Shown here one piece after another: positions 13,591 through 29,276 of a DNA stretch of 64,000 bases (position 1 is its first letter; each line of letters opens with the position of its first letter). Below the pieces are notes generated by a model, which was not told where the DNA came from, ran no database searches, and worked only from the letters and a program-made list of their open reading frames with translations. Origin of the DNA: Eledone cirrhosa (taxonomy: Eukaryota); NCBI GenBank assembly GCA_964016885.1, contig OZ024742.1:355260001-355324000 (forward strand). The letters are read 5' to 3'. The translations under genes and the position numbers were made by a program.

Positions 13591-14339
13591 GTGTGTGGGT
13601 GTGGGTGTACGTGTGGGTGTACGTGTGCGTGTATAAACCACCGTTGGAATTGGAGACATAGGCCGGGAAACACGATCATTGCTGACAACGTACGCGCAGA
13701 GAGAATCCCTTATGGTTGAATTCCAACCTGCTAGAAATAGCAGTCAGGTTCGTTAGCAAACGTGGTTTATTTTTCTTCTTTTGTGTTATAAAATTAGTAT
13801 TAATAAACTTTCCTGGATATACTCTTATCCCAATCCTGTACATACTTTTATATCGTCACTTTTCGTTTTTTTTTCGTGTGATACACGTAGGGACCAACCA
13901 AACATCTCTCTTTTATATTATGTATAGGTTACACTATCGCTTTTATTTGTTCATTCAACATATTTTTTCAGCTAATTCTGTCGTACAATATACATCAGTA
14001 ATAGTTATCTAATGTTTAAAACATATGAATAGCTGCGATATATGCAACATATCAAAAAAAAAAAAATGAGAATTGAATACCATACTAAAGCTCCAGTAAG
14101 CTTGCTAAGAACCTGCTGATAGAAATGTTAATAAATACAACATTTGCGTTAGGTAAACTTTAAGATGTTATTTAATTGTAGGTTGCTTTTCTCAGCTAGT
14201 ACGTTAAAGAAAATTGATAATTACAACAATAAAGGTTGGACAGAGAATACATTTTTTAACAAACTTTACAATCATTTGTACAACCATAATGGAAATTCCA
14301 AATAACAGAAAATCCATATATTACATTGTTAGAGCCTCA

Positions 14340-15050
14340 GAGTATACAATATTTTTCGTTCGGCCCTCGGGAGCAAAGATGAAGAGATTGTTTAGCGAGC
14401 TCACCCTAGATTCTTCAGTACTCCACCAACATGCTAAAATAGAACATAAGGGCAAATTAGAGAACATAGAAGTAAAAATAGAATCTACACACAGAAAAGA
14501 CGCAATGTTTAGACAAATCACAGAGGCAATAAACATAAATGAACTCCAATCAAAATTAAATAGAAAACATGAATGGAATAGCAGCATCACAACTTACAAT
14601 TAAGGACACAATGAAAACGCACACGCATAGAACAAACAACCAACTAGTAACATGTAAATAAACAAATAAACAAATAAATAAAAACACACACATACAACCG
14701 TATGTAACACATGCGAAAACTAAGCACACAGCACTCAAGATGGCGTAGGACAGAACAAAGGAGAGGCACAAAACAAAGAAAAAATCACCGATCACTGATG
14801 AGGTCACAGAATGTGTGACGAAATAACTTTAACAATATATGAACAACCGTCCGGTTGTGGAACCAACCAACGAACCGGAAATTTATAAATTTCTTAAATT
14901 TATAATTTAATTTATAATAAATTGGAGTGAAAGCAACTGGTGCGGGAATGTCTTATTGGCAACATGGCCCTCCCAAAGTATAACAATATCGGTTTCAACA
15001 CACGTTTTCAGATAAAGAATCTTGCTAAACAAACTCAGAAACGAAATATA
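14340..15050 (+). mobile_element. PLE 3' end (family B): GIY-YIG C-terminus plus pseudo-LTR with hammerhead core at 14795-14823
   Basis: ORF 14214-14603 ends SSVLHQHAKIEH...FRQITEAININELQSKLNRKHEW, like PLE GIY-YIG C-termini; CUGAUGA-g-GUCACA-gaaug-UGUGAC-GAAA. Confidence 0.78.
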
Positions 15051-15242
15051 TGTATATATATATGTGGCTTGAATTCGTATCGGAATTCAAGTGACCTGCG
15101 CATGTATTGTTTTTTGGCGGTAGTCTCCTCTTTCCTATTTTCGAGAGAGTGTGAGATTTTCTTTAGAACCGCTGGACTAACAACCTAGCAGCTCCCTCAA
15201 GCACCGATGTTGATTATCGCTAAATATTGATATTATTGGGCA

Positions 15243-15365
15243 CCCACTGAAGAATTATAAGAGCCCACTTGTATAAATATCTGTTGATCTTTTATAAGCT
15301 TCTACATAATTTGGTATAATTTCACCCAACTTGTAGAAATCTTATAATCAAACGAGTCGTCTGGG
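15243..15365 (+). ncRNA. Type I hammerhead with branched helix II insertion, copy 1 (GAAA mutated to CAAA, probably inactive)
   Basis: CCCA-CUGAAGA-AUUAUAAGA...UCUUAUAAU-CAAA-CG-agu-CG-UC-UGGG. Confidence 0.7.
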
Positions 15366-15823
15366 AATTGATATATTTGATATATCTCATATGAAATAAT
15401 ACAGCCAATTCTCCACAAAATACATTTAGTTAGCACCCCGAACGTTTAATTAGGAATATACTCAGATATTTCCTGTGTGTCGAGTGAGTTGGAATTTGGC
15501 CGGAGTATCGCTATTAGCTTTCTCTGTTTATGTATATCCGAGGAAATATCTGTGTGTGTCATCGAATGTTGTACACACATAGATATTTTTTCAATTTCCA
15601 ATTGAGTTCTTAGCACCTGGCCTGAATTCCTTTCAGAGTTCATTTTCACGCTCATGTATTGTTTTTTTTTTGGCGGTAATTCACTTCCTCATTTTTTGAA
15701 TCAGTTCGAGCACTTCTTTTAGAACTGCTGAACTGGCAACCTGACAGATACCTCAGGCACAGAAAGTGATTATCGCTAAATGCTGATGTTGGTTAGATTA
15801 TCAATATTAGTATTATTGGGGCA

Positions 15824-15952
15824 CCCACTGATGAATTATAGGAGCCCACTTGAATATATATATCTATTGATGGTATACAAGCTCCTACATAAATTGGTAT
15901 AATTTCACCCAAATTGTAGGAATCCTATAATGAAACGAGACGTCCGTCTGGG
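15824..15952 (+). ncRNA. Type I hammerhead with branched helix II insertion, copy 2 (intact core)
   Basis: CCCA-CUGAUGA-AUUAUAGGA-(79 nt)-UCCUAUAAU-GAAA-CG-agacguc-CG-UC-UGGG; GUC cleavage after 15948. Confidence 0.82.
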
Positions 15953-16150
15953 AAGAAATATATTCGATATGTCTCATTTGAAATAATACAGCCAATTTTC
16001 CACGCAATAATTTTAGTTAGCACCCCGAACACATAATTGGGAATATAATCAATTATTTCCTAATGTTTGTTGAGTGAGTTGGAATTTGGCCGGAGTATCG
16101 CTAAAAAGCTTTCTCCGATGTTGTATTTATATATATATATATATATAAAC

Positions 16151-16912
<762 letters not shown>

Positions 16913-16949
16913 TTTAGAAAAGGAGCAACACTAGTGTTGAGAGGGGGAT

Positions 16950-17546
16950 TATTATGACTCAGATGCATTGGGCTGCCTAGTCTGTTATTTTATGGGGAGC
17001 TGACTATAGGGAGAAAGTCACAGATTAATCCAAAGAAGAGTTTACAGTATGTCATAAATGATAATCTTAACGCTATGGATATTTATATTGAAAACTTGGA
17101 GAGACTGACTGAACGCCGTATCACATGGAGAAAGATCACCAAATATGGATATGATGTAATTGAGTAAATGCGTGTTCAGGACATGCAGAAATCTAGTAGC
17201 AATAGAGGTCCAATGATTCAACAAGAGATGGATTTGTAAAACATCTAAAATCACACGAGCCCGGAAGAAATCGAGTCAAATGTCAAATGGTTCTACAGTC
17301 ATACATTTCACAGTACATTTACAGTGCGTGTGGTTTAATTTACATTTAGCTGGTGGACTGACGAGACATGAAAAAATGCTTGAGGACACAGCCCTGCCGG
17401 TATTGGCAGGAGACCAACAGCTCAAGTGTTACATCTGTGAACGTATCTGCAAAATAAATGCAGGTCTGAAAATTCACATGCATGAACACGATCGCGTAAT
17501 GTGCAATGAATGGATGGCACTCCTCTCACAAGAAGAAGCAATCAAT

Positions 17547-17550
<4 letters not shown>
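16950..17550 (+). mobile_element. RTE-clade LINE 3' remnant
   Basis: ttattttatggggagctg (LFYGEL), C2H2 motif CYICERICKINAGLKIHMHEH, short tandem tail. Confidence 0.65.
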
Positions 17551-17595
<45 letters not shown>

Positions 17596-18614
17596 CGCGT
17601 GTGTGTGTGTAAATATGTCCTATCCAGGTCATTTGAGAAGATATTACTCGAGACGCAATATTTGATCACTGAGCTCTTATAAGAATACCAATATCAGAGA
17701 GGGGAGGGGGGAGTCTGGTTTCGCGCTTCACGTTGTGTATGGATGGTTGCAGCCACTGTGCCTTTGCAGTGTCGACATGCAGTGCCACCAATGAAAGTGA
17801 TATCACTCCATCTGACCATGCAATTTTGCAGCACAGACGTGCAATTTTGCAGCTACCTGTGTCCTTACAGTGCTCAGGTATATTGCTACCAATATACAAT
17901 TTACAAGTACTACAGTTATTCGAAATAGGAAAACAGATGCAGTACCAAAGGAGGAAGTACAAAGGGAAACATAGTTATAGGCTACACCCCCAAACCATAG
18001 CAAGTGAAATCCTTTAACAACAAAATATAATTAGTCAAGGGTGGGGGATATATTCGGGAACGATCTAGAGATTAGCTCTCAAATTTCAATCCTCCATTTC
18101 CTCAACCACATCTGGGAACATTTAAATATATCAGGCATTGAGCAAGGATAATATTAAAAAAGTATACAAGCTTCGAAATGTCAAGTCTACCAGTATTGTA
18201 AGAAGACATATTGAAGCCGATCATTAGGAAATTACCGAGATAGGGGATACAATATATTATAAAAGATCCCCCAGGTTTAATGAAAATAAATTAGTAACTG
18301 GAGGTTACACAAGGGTGATAAAAAAAACTCTCATGGGAGTTAGAGAGCAGAGGGTCTTCAGTAAAGAAATATATCACAACCGAGTGTTTCGGCCCATAAA
18401 TTATAGATGCTTTACAGACACATCTAGTTAATTTTACATTTTAAGAATTATTTTAATCATATCTCATGGTATACTTAATGAAGACAAATTACAATGTAAC
18501 TATTGAAGGAAATAAATTTCGTTTAGGGACACATCACTATGGTAAAGGACGTGTGTCTACATTTGAGGACACAGATACCTAAATATGGAATGTTACGCGA
18601 TGCCAAAACACACA

Positions 18615-19480
18615 CACACACACAGCCCCGCAGACAGGATGGAGAAGGCGTTCCCTCGGTAGACGGCAAGGGAGACGCACTGGAAAAGATACTCCAACTC
18701 CCGGGGTTCGCACTTGCGGCTGGCCAGCTCAGCGCTTATGGTGGGGAGTAGGGAGGTAGCCATAGGGCCGAGGCGACTATAAGTCTCCACTGCCAAGGGT
18801 ACAACCGCAAACCTGTTGGAGAGCTACCGGTATTTTAGGAGCTTGGCCTCTTCAGCCCGACGTCCTGCAGAACGTGGGTTAGTCGTAGACGGCACCAGGT
18901 TGCGGCTGCAGAAAGTGTCGGTGCAAGTAGTATCCCAGACGAGTGGTTTGCCACCGCGGAACGGGAAGATGGTCATGCCATCTTGCCATTTGCCGTACCC
19001 TCGTTCCAGCCCCACCGGCTCCAGCTGGGAAGGGAAGCCCGCAGCCTCCAAGCCATGCTTAATCACCTCGTTAAGGGCAGCATGGCGTGGAAGGCAGCGG
19101 GCACTGTGGAGACAGGAAAGCGGGTGGAGGCCGAAAGTGTCCACGGTGGATCGTAGCGACATTGGTGTGGCTCGCAGATCCGGAGGCCGAGCCTCAAGGA
19201 AACGCCGATACGCAAGCTATTGTTTTCTAGCTGCGTGCCAGTGGAGTAGGGCGTGGAACCTGGCACCACTGTGGAGATTGAAGGCCGCACGAAAGCAGGC
19301 AAGGCGGTGCTGATCGAGTTGGCGCGTGAGCCTGTCTGAGGCCAGGCTGCACTGGATGGCACCCCAAGTGCTTTGGGGGGGGGACTTGACGTCAGCAGGG
19401 GGAGAAAGGGGAGGAACGTCTATTGGTCTAAATGCCAGCCGGTCCCACATCTTACAAACGGCCTCACGTTCTCTGATCAC
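18615..19480 (-). mobile_element. CRE-like RLE non-LTR retrotransposon, 3' fragment (frameshifted)
   Basis: LRIGVSLRLGLRICEPHQC, GLHPLSC, RHAALNEVIK, LEPVGL..DGMTIFPFRGGKPLVWDTTC, AEEAKLLKY, AVETYSRLG, VSLAVYRGNA; ends at (GT)n. Confidence 0.8.
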
Positions 19481-20049
19481 AGAGGGTTCTATTGTGTTTT
19501 GAATTATTTAAGCTCAGTTATCATCCAGTTGACATTCATTATTGTTTATTCATTTCCATATTCACTCATTTCTGTCAGTCTAGTTTGTTCCCCAACTTTA
19601 AGAAGTGCTAGATACTTCTCTTAATCTAGCATTGCTCACTAGCTGTATATGGACGTTTAAATTGATTAAATGAATATATACATAGATATACATACATAAA
19701 TGTACATATATACATATATACATTATATTTAATATTTATATTAGAAATATATGCTATATATTGTCTCATTATCCTTATCAACATAAACTTCCCCATTTTT
19801 ATTTTCTCAAAATATTTTAGTGAAGGAATTGATTTGTTTTGTAATTTTTGGGAGACATTTTGTATTGGTTTAATTTTATCTGCGTTAACTATGTTGCTTT
19901 CATGTCCTTACATCTCATAATTTATCATAACACTTCAGTTTCGTCAACAGAACATAAAGTAGGTTTGTCATAAAAACTTGCAACGACTTACATGCTATAC
20001 CACTATTATTGAACATGTTTCATAACAGTATTTTTATCACTCGAAATCT

Positions 20050-20750
<701 letters not shown>

Positions 20751-21339
20751 TTAGAATGACTATGGAAAAAGACGTTCTTTATTGATCAAAGTTATATAAT
20801 TTAAATCTGCACGTAATTTGTTTCAAAGTAAATTCTGAAAAGACATAAAATACGATATGCTCCTGTATCACTATACGAAAATAGAACATTAACGGCAGGT
20901 GTATAGATAATATTGTCTATAAAGAAAATTAGTGAGTATAATGGTTGATGTGGAGCCTTATTGCTATTTATATGTTGATGATAGCAGTAGCTTCTGATGA
21001 AAAACACATTTATTTTGAAAGCAAATCCAAATCTTACGTATTCATCGGTCAAATTTAAACGTAGTCACTGTGATTAAGCTGTACTTGTTCACAGCGTTAG
21101 CCTTCTTGTTTGCGTTGGTTGGAGGGCATTAAGTTTGTCGAAACATACAATGATTACTGGATACAAGGGAATACAGTGGCACACCAATTTTGTGTATGAA
21201 TGTTACAATGTTCCCTGAATATTTAGCAACTACTTAGAACTGTCTCAACTACAGATGTCAGGGAAGTTTAAACGATTTCCTCTCAAACATACTATATAAT
21301 TGATTCAACTTTTTGCAAAAGGCCAGCATTTAATCAGTA

Positions 21340-21478
21340 CATAACTGGTACTTTATTTTATCGAACATTAAGGAGGAAAGGCATAGTTAACCTCGACTGT
21401 ATTTGAACTCAGAGCGTAAAGTACGTATCTATACTAGAAAGCATGGTGTCCAACCCTCCAACGATACTGCTAATTCAA
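21340..21478 (-). mobile_element. tRNA-derived SINE family 1, degenerate
   Basis: actggtactttattttatcga and tttgaactcaga are reverse complements of the SINE-1 3' part and B-box. Confidence 0.7.
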
Positions 21479-21512
21479 TATAATGTATACCTTACTGTGT
21501 AGTGAATTTCCA

Positions 21513-21908
21513 TTAAGTTTTCCTAGCTAGGAGAATAATGTTAATTTCTTCAGATGTAAAATCGGTGTGTAAGCTAGCAAAGTTTAGGGCCTTACATAGA
21601 AGAGTTGGAGAGATCGAAGAGTAGTAGTTAGAGATATCGAACTGTATAAACATAGTGCCATTCTTATTCTGCGATTTCGCAAACCAGTTAATTACCTCAC
21701 TAGTTCCTGACCATAATTTAAGCTTCGATCTCCTAACTAGAGTGGGGATTATTTTATCAAGGACGTTTTTACTCACGATTCCTATGTCCGACTTCGAAGG
21801 GGCTGTCAGCCTGACAGGTCTTGATTTTTCAAAGCTTAATTTGTGGTATTTTAGTATAATCCTCGGAATTCTAGGATGGAAGGTTTCAGTTTTATCTTCA
21901 ACTAGCAT
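21513..21908 (-). pseudogene. PLE reverse transcriptase fragment (Naiad/Chlamys-like)
   Basis: RLTAPSKSDIGIVSKNVLDKI..WSGTSEVINWF..FIQFDISNYYSSISPTLLCKALNFA..IILLARKT. Confidence 0.72.
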
Positions 21909-21937
21909 TAAAGCCAGGCGTTGCTCGGGGTCAGTAA

Positions 21938-22736
21938 GTTACCAAAGTTAGGTTGCACCACCCATTTTATGGCAGCACTTTTTTGTCTGCAAGGCACTGG
22001 GTGAATGAATTGCAGACCTGTGGTGCCGAAGCAGGAGCTCCGCCAGCAGTGACGATTGTATTTTCGCCTATGGATATTATCTATGTGCAAAGAAGTGTTG
22101 AAATGTATTGTTTCACAGTACTTGCGCAACACGCGCGTAAACGATGCCAGCCGAACAACAGAGCTGCGATGGAGTTGTTCTGCATGGTTGTCTAATGTGT
22201 GTTTTCTAAATTTAAGACAGTAGGGAGTGGTGTGATATGGGGGAGAGTTAGCTGCTGTTTCTAGCAGGTTTAGTGACCACATAAAGGATATTATTGTATA
22301 TAGTAAATTAACTGATACTTTTTTTCTTCCACGTTCGTTGATAGATGTTTTAAAAAAGACTTATCGCTATTTTTTTGTTGTTGACTAAATTTATCTGTTG
22401 CTTTTAAATATGGGGGATAATTAGCTGCTGTTTCTAGCAGGTTTATTGACCTCATAGAGGATATGTATTCTAAATTTAAGACAGTAGGGAGTGGTGTGAT
22501 ATGGGGGAGAGTTAGCTGCTGTTTCTAGCAGGCTTAGTGACCTCATAGAGGATATTATTGTGTATAGCAAATGGCCTGATACTTCTTTCTTGCATGTTCG
22601 TTGATAGATGTCTTAAACAAGACTTATCGCTATTTTCTTTGTTGTTGAATAAATCTATCTGTTACTTTTGAATAATTATTATTTCGTATCAAGTAAATAA
22701 ATGTTTGACCGTTCCACAACTAAAAAACGAACGTTC

Positions 22737-22814
<78 letters not shown>

Positions 22815-22816
22815 GC

Positions 22817-22847
<31 letters not shown>

Positions 22848-23070
22848 TTAAAGTTTAAGGGGAGGAGATAGAGGTATTCTGATTATATGAGAGGGTGAAA
22901 GTGTCATGTATTTAGTTTTATCGATTATTTCCGTAATTGTGGTGAGTGTGAAAGAAATTAATTGTCGATGGCCTAAGTTAGACCATTTACAACATTCTTA
23001 CAGACTTTGCGTCGAATTAATTTGAAATTGTGCATATGAATATACATGGAACATGCACACACACACACAC
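21938..23070 (-). mobile_element. Non-coding dispersed repeat, unclassified, with internal partial duplications
   Basis: Homologous in inverse orientation to 43860-44713; block gctgctgtttctagcagg occurs three times (~22251, ~22423, ~22515). Confidence 0.8.
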
Positions 23071-25163
23071 ACACACACATACACACACATACAATAACAA
23101 CAATCTGCCTTTTATAGTTAATGATACCCAGTTTAGTCATGTCGCTATTGGCCTCCGTGTTGATTAAATCCAGGTTGGCCCGTGTAGTTTTTTGTAGCTT
23201 TTTCTAAGTTCCCTGATTACCAAGTCGTCATAGGTTACTCTATCCATATCGTACAGGTTGATAGTTTTATCTGGTAGCCTACATAGCGGTTGCTTGCACG
23301 CACAGATTTGGGGACTCAGATTCTCAATGGGACAACGGTACATACTGAGTTCGATATGAGCTGACTACTTGCTCTTCACATGGATGTGTATATACCTAAA
23401 CATACACTTTTTGGGACGATACGGATATATATCTACCATAACATACACTATTTGGCGATAAGGATGTTACAATTCAAACTATACACGTATAGCAGAACAC
23501 TGATTTGAAATTACTTGCGTGTGTATAGGGTTGCTCTTGACACAATTTTTCCAATTTACATCGTCAAATTGAGATTTGATCAATATCAGATTTGTTGTTT
23601 TGTAAACTAACATTCGGTGAATACTATGTTGGTACTTTTATATTTTTTCTTTGACCTCGCGTCGGTGTATGTGAGTGTGTGTGTACTCACTAACTTAGAC
23701 CGTCTATAGTTCTACAGATTTGATGGTATGTTGGTATATGTATATATTCTCTTTGACCTCGCGTCGGTGTGTGTGTATATGTGTGTATACCCACTCACAC
23801 TAACTGTGACAGACTGTAATTTTACAGATTGGATTGATGTCCAGCGTCTTTTACAGCTATTGGGAGATGGAGATTGGATAGTTTTATGACCTGAGGACGA
23901 TAGCAGTCGCCCTGTTTTGACTGCTTGATCTTCATATGAGGGACTAAATTCTGTGAGTGAACATCGTTAATTTCCTCCCTCATATCAAGGATCTGAAGAT
24001 AAATCATTTTGACCTGACGAGGTCAGCATGGCAACACGATTGATCTATCTCTTATTGAAACATGTGCCGTGATTAAAGTGATTGGAAATGTATACAATGC
24101 CTTCGGATCTTTATTTTGATATATATAGATATATATAGAGAGAGAGAGCCAGAGAGAGAGATGAATAGATAGATATAGATAATAATAGATATATATAATT
24201 ATAAAGACCAAATATGTTGAATTTCCTTTATTTTTTTATTTTTTCAAACACTCATAGCTAATATTTTCAACATTGATCACTTCATTAGAGTGCATCAATG
24301 TGTTCAACATCCATAGTGCCATACTCGCAACTCTTTTTGTGGGTGTTGTCATTTACGATGTATGGCCTGTTGTGGAAATTGAGGTGATTACATTTTTGTG
24401 AACATCAAGGAACTATGGATCACAATCGATAAATATTTTGTGCATGTATTTGGGCTAAACTCTTTGAATATTTTTCAACTTTGATATGGATTTTAAATAG
24501 TGTATCAAGTCATTGATGCTGCAGTCCGTCAATTACCAACTCTCTATCTCTTAGGTTTGAAATTCTGCTTCAGGTTGAGATAGCCTTCTGGTATGAGACG
24601 GGAACGAATATGGAATTGATCTATAGATTTAATGAAGAAGACTTATCCATTCAGTGTAGCCTACATAATGAACTGTATGAGACAGTGTCTAACATTTCAA
24701 ATCCTAATTTTAAGATTCGGATGACCATCGCTACCTCATTACATGGACTTTCAGAACCTTCACTACATCAGTACAATAAAATAGTTGATAACAAGTGAAA
24801 AATAGAATTACTATACTAAATAGATCCTTAATCCTGGAAGATTTAGTACTAGAGTAGGAAAATAAAACGTTGAAATAGACAGAACACTCTATGATTGGTG
24901 ATAGAAGTATGAAATGAACAGTTACAAGTGGAATGCAGCAATAAAGTCACCATTAACACATCGTCTTTATGGTTTCTGACAACTACACAACTAAAGTAAA
25001 ACAACTTTTAAGGAAGCTGACATATCTAGAAATTGTATGCCACAAATAATCATCTATGCATATAAGAGTTTGTGTCTATATAACATGGTGTTTTACACCT
25101 TTACACTACACACTTATATATATAAACATACATGTATAAACACAATCATAGACACACACACAG

Positions 25164-25206
<43 letters not shown>

Positions 25207-26049
25207 TAACCACACATACATACACACTCACACTTATACATATAAAAATACAAATATAAACACATACATAGTCACACACACAATTATATATATAATATAT
25301 AAGCACACACACACACACACACATATGTGTGTGTGTGTGTGTGTGTGTCTGTTTGTGTGCGTGTGTGAATATGTATGTGTGTTTGCTGTGTAGCCACGCG
25401 TATATTTGTAGTTATTTTATATATACTTAATCATAACAAATTTATTTTCCAATATTCGAAATTGTGAATTCTTAGAGAAAAGAAATAAAATTCAGATATA
25501 ACATAATATGAAATATAAAATTCTGTAATTTTTTCGCGCTGATCATTTAATGATGTACAGTCCTGGTTAACATTAAATATGAAAAAAAACAAATAAGGGA
25601 CAACGAACTGTACTTATAAATTACGTCTAGCATCAAACGGTGCCATAAGCCGCAATCGCTTTCTTATCCATAAGACGTAGTGAAGACGACGTTGTATGTT
25701 AAAATCATATAGCATGACTTTAGTAATTATATGATGCGCTAGTGCAAGCTATGAATATGATATCATTTAACGAATACGTTAAATAAAGAAGAAGCAAGTT
25801 CGTAGAAATCACAGTTACTATATATTGAATTTCTCTTTTTATTTATACATGTTTTTTTCCTTGGTAATTTGGCTGCACGACACATCATTAACGTTTCGTA
25901 AGTCAGTGAATACATTTTCCTTCTTTTTGCATCCACTCATTTTCTTAATATATAACCTTTCTTTCAATCGCATATTTAATACACGAACAAATTATGTATT
26001 TACATATTCACATACATATATAGCTACATAGATGTATATATATATATAC

Positions 26050-26107
<58 letters not shown>

Positions 26108-26116
26108 TATATATAT

Positions 26117-26155
<39 letters not shown>

Positions 26156-26173
26156 TGTATTCGCATATATATG

Positions 26174-26272
<99 letters not shown>

Positions 26273-26321
26273 TATATATGTATAAAATACATATATATTT
26301 ATACGCGAGTGCGCGAGAATT

Positions 26322-26396
<75 letters not shown>

Positions 26397-27472
26397 TTTT
26401 ACCTAGTAATCGTGATGATCCACAAGAAAATAAAACTCAATTTTGCAATGTGTGTAGATAATATTGTTTAAATGTACCTATATATCGACTCTAGATTTGT
26501 TTAATTAATACATGATCACTGTGTTACTTCTTACTAGGCATAACATATTATTTATGTTGAGTACCCATGCTGGTTCAGGCTTTCTACTTGCACCTAGATT
26601 ACGTGGCTTCAACTCTTATAATAGTCCAGCAATATTATTGTTGAGACATATATCAGAAGGTTTATAGTGACGTAGAATGTTTTCATAAACCTGGATTGTG
26701 TGACCCTCACTTAATTATCTCCTATTTCGTTTATTGAAGCACCTTGTAAGTGGGCTCTTTACCGATACATGTGTTGTATGACTTGTGACTCAAATTAGAA
26801 TTGTGCTCCTATTCAAACATATCATACCACATCACGATCAATACGTACACAAATATTTGGTGGTGTTCTGTTTATGCAGAAGAGATATGGATTTACGCTA
26901 TTTTTCTTCTTATGTTGTTTACTGTAAGGTATGGTTGATGATTGTGGCTATTCGTCAGGGAAGTGGAATAATTATATTCAATGTATGTATGTATCTATGT
27001 ATCACGACATTATGGATATGCTGGATGAGGTGCCCGAGCACGGGCTTAGAGCCCCGAGAGTATGAGAACCCTAGTTCTTGTTAGGGCATCATTCTAGGAG
27101 AAGGAATACTCCGATGTAAAATCCTCAACAGAATGGCCGCTAATGAGGTTCAGCTTATCCTATTGGCTACATTTCACCATAATTCAGACAATGAGATGTA
27201 TCCAGTGAAAGGCCTACCTTCATTTAGAAGAACTCAAAGCACATCTATATGTTGATGTAAATCACTTCCACGTGTAATGAGGGAGTTTGGTCTTTCATCT
27301 TTTTTTTATTTCACAGCAGCATATGCAGAAAGGAATCTGGGTCCTTGTATGCTAAACGCCACGTTCGTGCGACACTTCTGCGCAGTAATGTTCAAGGGTT
27401 GGCAATTTTTGAATCTAAGATGCGATCCATCATGTATATAAATATGTCTATATATATGTATGAACCTATATC

Positions 27473-27510
<38 letters not shown>

Positions 27511-28279
27511 CATGTATTTATGTATCTACGAATGAATGTATGATTCTATATATGAATGGTGATATATATGTATCGTGCTATATGTATTGTTCTATGTATG
27601 TATTTATGTATGTGTGTATCTAAGTATGTATTATATGTATATATATATATGTATGTATCTATGTATGTGCGTATGGTTCTATATATATTACTCGTCTATG
27701 TAAGTATGGTGATATGTATCTATCTATGTATGTACAGATTGGTATTACACCTATACTTAACGGAACATTATATTCTAAACGCAATCATCCTGAATCACTT
27801 TGAGACTGTGAAATACATTACAGGACGAGATTCAGGATCCACTACTGTTGGTTCTGCTCAATCCATTTATTCAAATTAAATCAACAATATTTCACTGATT
27901 TGATGTGCAATCATATGTATATCTAAAACATTCATCTCTTGATCTATCTCACAATTTAAATTATACAGTGCTTCATTTAACGTTAGTCGATAGAGTCCGT
28001 AGCTCTATGTAGAGCCGCTACCTCTCCAAATTGTGAGATCATAGCTCTAATACTATGGGCATGTGGTTAGAATGTCACAGGAAAGAATCAATGGCCAGAT
28101 GTTAAGACAAAAACAAATGGCAGAAGCACCAGTGCTAGATCGACGAAGATACTTGATAACATTCAGGAGCTTGGCTGGTATCCCTTAAGGATGCAGCCGG
28201 ATCAGTTGGACCAGCTGCTTCAGACATGCCCCACTGGAATGAGTGTTTGAGGACTGCCTCTCCGACCATCTCAAGAATA

Positions 28280-28530
28280 AGTGGGCGAAGAAGAAAAAGG
28301 TGAAAATAAGAAGAAAAGTAAGAAACATAGATGAATAAAAGAAAAAAAAGAAAACGGAAAAGAAAAAAAAAGAAAAATGAGATGAAATGAAAAAGAAAAA
28401 GATGAAAAAGAAAAAGAAGAAAAAGAGGAAAAATAAGAAAAAAAAGAAAAGAAGAAGAAAAAGAAAGAAAACAAAAAGAAGAAGAAGAGAAAGAAAGAGA
28501 ACAAAAAGAAGAAGAAGAATAAGAAGAAGG
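28280..28530. repeat. Purine-rich (GAA/AAAG) low-complexity tract
   Basis: Direct inspection. Confidence 0.85.
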
Positions 28531-28594
28531 TCACTCTAAATGAACTAAAATGTGACTGCTGAGTTTCTAATCAGTACAACATATAAACATGTTG

Positions 28595-29276
28595 TAGGAT
28601 TTCCAAACTGTTTTCAGCCAGCGCCGCCGCCTTTGGGGGCAAACCTTTCTCTCAACACCCCCACTGTCAAATTAAATTTCAAACAAGATACTGAATTCAT
28701 CTGACATCAAAAGTGTAAACAATCTAAAATAATCGTGTGTGCGCGCGCATGTGTGTGTGTGTGGTTGGGCCAGGGGTCAATTTAAGTTCAATCGCAGAAA
28801 GGAATTCAAAACGGCAACACACTCAGATACACACAATCATATACAAACATACCCATACAAACACATACAGAGACACTCCCAAAAGCCAGTTCATCCAAAA
28901 TTCTGACCACCATTCTTTATATATTTGCACACAAATACACACATTCAGCTTTTCGCTGTTACTCATTGTTTTGTTTTTTTTAGTTGTCTGTCACCATTCA
29001 TCTGTTCTTTTTTGTTTTTGTTTATATTCTGGGGGTTTCACTTTAGCGACACCAGTTACCCCTGGTGCCAGGAAATCGCTTGGTGCTGCCAAAGTGGAAA
29101 AAATGTTCTTTTAATTTTTCAAAATTTGAAAGAAATAAAGATTTGAAAGAAAAATAATGGATAAATAAATACCCCCCGCCCACCGGCGTATATTCACCCC
29201 CACCCCCAAAGGAAAATTAAATAAAAACACCCAGCGGCCTCTTTCAACACAAAGGTGCCCACGTTGCGAAACACTG
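28595..29276. mobile_element. Possible hAT-like MITE remnant
   Basis: Right end gttgcgaaacactg followed by gtctaga resembles a hAT TIR and target; left end degenerate. Confidence 0.35.

Larger units (their letters stand above)
15065..16120 (+). repeat. Diverged tandem dimer (~550-590 bp unit), each unit with an extended hammerhead
   Basis: Blocks recur in order: catgtattgtttttt, gattatcgctaaa, cacccactga, gaaataataacagccaatt, gagtgagttggaatttggccggagtatcgcta. Confidence 0.9.

Noticed and set aside
23990-24070. CTGAAGA/CTGACGA followed by GAAACATGT
   Set aside because: Could not build consistent helices I and II, and there is no valid NUH triplet
27020-27150. Possible RTE-type 5' UTR or HDV-like ribozyme (ctaggagaaggaatactc, gctaatg)
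   Set aside because: Could not assemble the nested double pseudoknot by eye
27295-27420. Polypyrimidine tract plus CAG, a possible splice acceptor of a host exon
   Set aside because: No supporting donor, reading frame or homology visible
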